Assembly: GCA_964187785.1 (NCBI GenBank)
Contig: OZ076409.1
Coordinates: 57,724,001-57,788,000, forward strand
Length of the DNA: 64,000 bases
Origin: Amphiscolops sp. MND2022
Lineage: Eukaryota
Direction of reading: 5' to 3'
Shown: positions 60,670 through 64,000 of the stretch, piece after piece
Layout: every line of letters starts with the position of its first letter
Numbering within the stretch: the first letter of the stretch is position 1
Notes under the pieces: generated by a model
What the model was told of the DNA's origin: nothing
Database searches by the model: none
What the model saw: the letters and a program-made list of their open reading frames with translations, nothing else
Translations under genes and position numbers: made by a program

Positions 60670-62249
60670 ACTAATACCTGATTTTGAATTTCAACTTGAT
60701 GAAAATGCAATGACTAATTCCAAACTAGGATTATTTAATCGATGCTAGGAGAATATTTTGGAAGATCAATACAAGTATAGGAATGAAAATAACATTCATG
60801 AGTTTCCAACAAAATAAAGAATAAAACAAATACAAAACTTGGTTTGTCGCACCAATTGCGTCACATTTTACAAAACCAATAGTATAACAACAATTAGCAC
60901 TTTCACAACTATAATTTCGTCATCAGCACAACATTTCCCAAACCCATTAGGGGAACGTAGTTAAGAAAATGATTGCATCAACAATTATCATGTACATATT
61001 TGCCAAATTGAAAGTAAAGGTACAAACTAATGAAAATACATTTCTGGGTACAAAATATATTTTACCCGCACTGAACATGAGTATAAATTGTGACCTTTGC
61101 CTAACTTCTTGTGAAAACTCAATTAAAAGGTATCCGGGTAGGTTTCCTCTCTTGTCAAAAAATGCATGACGACTAGTTAACGCACTAACTGGATTTCATA
61201 CTACACCTATATCAGATTTGTTTTAAGTGTGAAATTTCAGATAGCTTAACACTGACGAAACGTCTGCATTGCGGATTAAGAAAGACCGTTATCATTTTCC
61301 TTATGAAGCTGCGACTTAAACATGAGGATGAAACCGGTTATTTTGACAGATTTGCCTATTTCCAACTAATTTCATAAACTTGTCGTCGTCACTGTGACGC
61401 ATTTTCTTGGCAATACTAAACTCTGCCAAGTTTGCCGCATCGTTGACGTATATCTCGAGACAAGTTAACAGCTAGTTACTAGTATTGTGACGTCACGCTG
61501 GCGGTAAATCGGAATGATTTTCTAGCATAGTGGTCGATATAGGCGGATAATTGGAATGAATTTTGGTATGCATAGACGAGGCAGTGACGTCACTTAGTAT
61601 ACCTTCAAAACTTGTCTGCGTCCTATAGACGACAAATATACATGTAGCCAAGTTCACACTGCCGTATTGTTTGCTTTGCGCAATCCGTGCGTCCTAAACC
61701 ACTTTAATTGCTGTTCAAACGCAATCAAATAGCTTTATTTTGACGAGGCGTAATCTCTCTATATATATATTTCAAAGTGTTTTTTCCTTTTAGATCCAGC
61801 TAATGTACTCTGTTTGAAGATAATTTGTGCCTGTATTCTTGTTTACCTTAGTCTATGATCTTTTCCTAAGACATCTTTTAATTTATTTTTCAGGTGGAAA
61901 ATGTTTAATTCAGCGTTATGGGAACGTCCTGCCGGAAATGTATGAAATCATTTTGGCTAAGTTTCTCTGTTTCCATTTTCATTTTTAGATTTGCGCACAC
62001 TAGACGTAGTTTCATTTTCAGTCACAGTTTATTTTAATCATTAACTACAGTTTGAGTCAGTATCTGAAATACCTGTTTGCCAATTTTGCAGTAGAGCCGT
62101 GCCCACATCCGTATCCTACTCGTCTGCAACCGCAATGCAGTCCGGGAGGATATCCCCAATTTGCGGGAGGGTGTTCATTGTATATAAATAGTACAAAGAA
62201 GCGAAGCAAAATGCCCGTTACATCAAGGAGTCAAAGACTAGGACAAGTC

Positions 62250-62658
62250 GGTGCACAGACAAAAGGGCCACAGACAAAAGGGCCAAAAACCAAAGTTATA
62301 TTTTAATTTTTTCAATCAAAAAGTTGTTTTTTTTTTCAATGTAATAAAAAGGATGTGGAACTTGATTTATTTGAAGACGTTAGCATATTTGTTGTATGGC
62401 TCGGTCGCTTTGCTCCCTTCGCTCCCTTCGCCACGTAGCAACATTGAGGCATGACCATATGGCACGTCGCTCGGTTTCGCTTCGCTCCTGCAATTAGGCC
62501 ACTAGGGGTATGTGAACATAGCTGACTACGTTATAATAATTGAGCTTTTAAATAAAATTATTTTGGCCCTTTTGTCTGCTTTTTTGGCCTTTTTGTCTGT
62601 GTTTTTGGCCCTTTTGTCTGTGAACCCTTTTGTCTGTTAGCCTTTTTGTCTGGACACG
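62250..62658. mobile_element. Mutator-like foldback MITE
   Basis: 9-bp TSD GGACAAGTC (62241-62249, 62659-62667); arms built from inverted CAGACAAAAGGGCCA repeats. Confidence 0.8.
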
Positions 62659-63560
62659 GGACAAGTCGGAGAGTATTCAGCTGAAGCGGATCGTTTTTCA
62701 CCCTAGGGAGCCAAAATGGACCTGTTGGCAGATGGGAGCCCGTCTCGTGCAAAAAACCTCATCTCTTCAGGTTCCTCCCACTTTTGTAACTGATTCAAGA
62801 TACAGCGTGCCGTTTTGCCATTACAAAAGCTTCAAACGCTTCAAAAATTGATGGCTTCTATGAGAACTTTAGGATGTGTCTTTGATTGTGAAACTGCTTC
62901 ATTACTGGGCGAGAAATTGAATTGTTTTCCAGTCCTAAATAACTTGTATCAAATCTACCAGCCTGAGTTGATGAGAAGAAACAAACAAACTTACCGGAGA
63001 GGTTTGGATAACAATGTTTGTCATTTGAATGTCGTCTAAATTGACGTATATTTCTTTGAGGCTACAAATATTGTGCAGCTAATCAGAGTTGTAGATTGTT
63101 GGATATCGTTTGGCTGACTAAAAAGTGGAATTGTTTCCAATGTTTACAAGAATTGAATGGGATTTTGGGACATTGAAATTGAGTTAAGCTATGCAAAGAA
63201 TAGTAGAATACGGGTTTTGATATCTTTTGTTGTCAAAATAAATTGGATTAAACACTGATACTCGACATAAACATGGGGAGTGAATTGAGAATTTTTAGCC
63301 CTGATTGAAATTGAAGATACGCTTTTGAAAAATTCATTTGTCAAGTTGACATGAGGTCAAGTGAATGGTTATGAGAAACACATGCCGTATATTTATTTAC
63401 ATATTCTACATAATTTAGACTGTTTTTTAAAGCAAAATTGCATCCATGTCAAACATTTTTGTCTAGGCTCTTTAACTCATTTTTGAAATATCATAGCAAA
63501 AACTATCAAAATTGATAGAACTTTTTATTCGAGTGAAATACAGTAGCGTTGTAGCGTTCT

Positions 63561-63945
63561 AAAAGAAGTTAGAAGTTAATTTCCCCATTACCGCGGGGTG
63601 GACGCCGAATAAGCAGTTCTGTTTTTTTAAGTCGGCGCCCGTTCGGATACTATCTCCCCATAGCAAGCCATGGTACCATATTTGCAGCCAAGTGGTCAAG
63701 TAATGGTGGACTTGAAGCTGAGGTTTCAAAGTGACTTGCTCAAGGTCACAAAGGCCTGACTGCTCACCGTTGCTCTTTTTATTTTGCTTTTCTCCGCCAA
63801 ATGCGTTATTTTTTGTCATTGACCATACCACTAAGCTAGGGATGAAGGACTTGCTTAAGGCCCAACAATGGTGAGTTGAGAGAGATTCGAACCTGATACC
63901 GCCCCAGTACAGGCCGAATGCTCTAACCACTACGCCATGCTCCCC
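63561..63945 (-). mobile_element. tRNA/CORE-like SINE, copy 2
   Basis: Reverse complement of 43593-43975; (TAACTTC)2 tail. Confidence 0.85.
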
Positions 63946-64000
63946 TAACCACTACGCCATGCTCCCCTAAAACCACTACGCCATGCTCCCCTCTAACCAC
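63924..64000 (-). repeat. Tandem array of the SINE 5' 22-24 nt (A-box segment)
   Basis: TAACCACTACGCCATGCTCCCC repeated three times plus a partial unit at the window end. Confidence 0.9.

Noticed and set aside
61250..61345. Hammerhead ribozyme / Penelope-like motif (CTGACGA...GAAA)
   Set aside because: I could not build stems I and III or find a cleavage triplet.

Overview
AT-rich, repeat-dense eukaryotic DNA, most likely from an invertebrate animal, with a 200-N gap at 59669-59868. No prokaryotic operons, CRISPR arrays or rRNA are present. Retroelements: (1) a complete but decayed Ty1/copia element at 288-5278 with a CTTCT TSD, TG...GA LTRs and a half-tRNAiMet primer site; (2) a second copia element with an uninterrupted ~1325-codon gag-pol ORF (33814-37791) but no visible 5' LTR or PBS; (3) a 5'-truncated RNase H LINE with a 15-bp TSD; (4) the probable 5' end of an LTR element running into the gap; (5) two tRNA/CORE-type SINEs. 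DNA elements: about a dozen copies of a Helentron-associated (HINE/DINE-1-like) family, some carrying an internal tRNA-like half, plus MITEs whose TSDs and termini point to hAT, Merlin, CMC/EnSpm, pogo/Tc1 and Mutator superfamilies. Also present are large palindromes and a stand-alone SGNH-hydrolase ORF. By reading splice sites by hand I found a minus-strand multi-exon host gene that the ORF track mostly misses. Its upstream exons (47.8-40.7 kb) chain in perfect phase, while several downstream exon-like segments (32.8-5.3 kb) carry a frameshift or stops. All family assignments come from motifs and structure read by eye; no searches were run.
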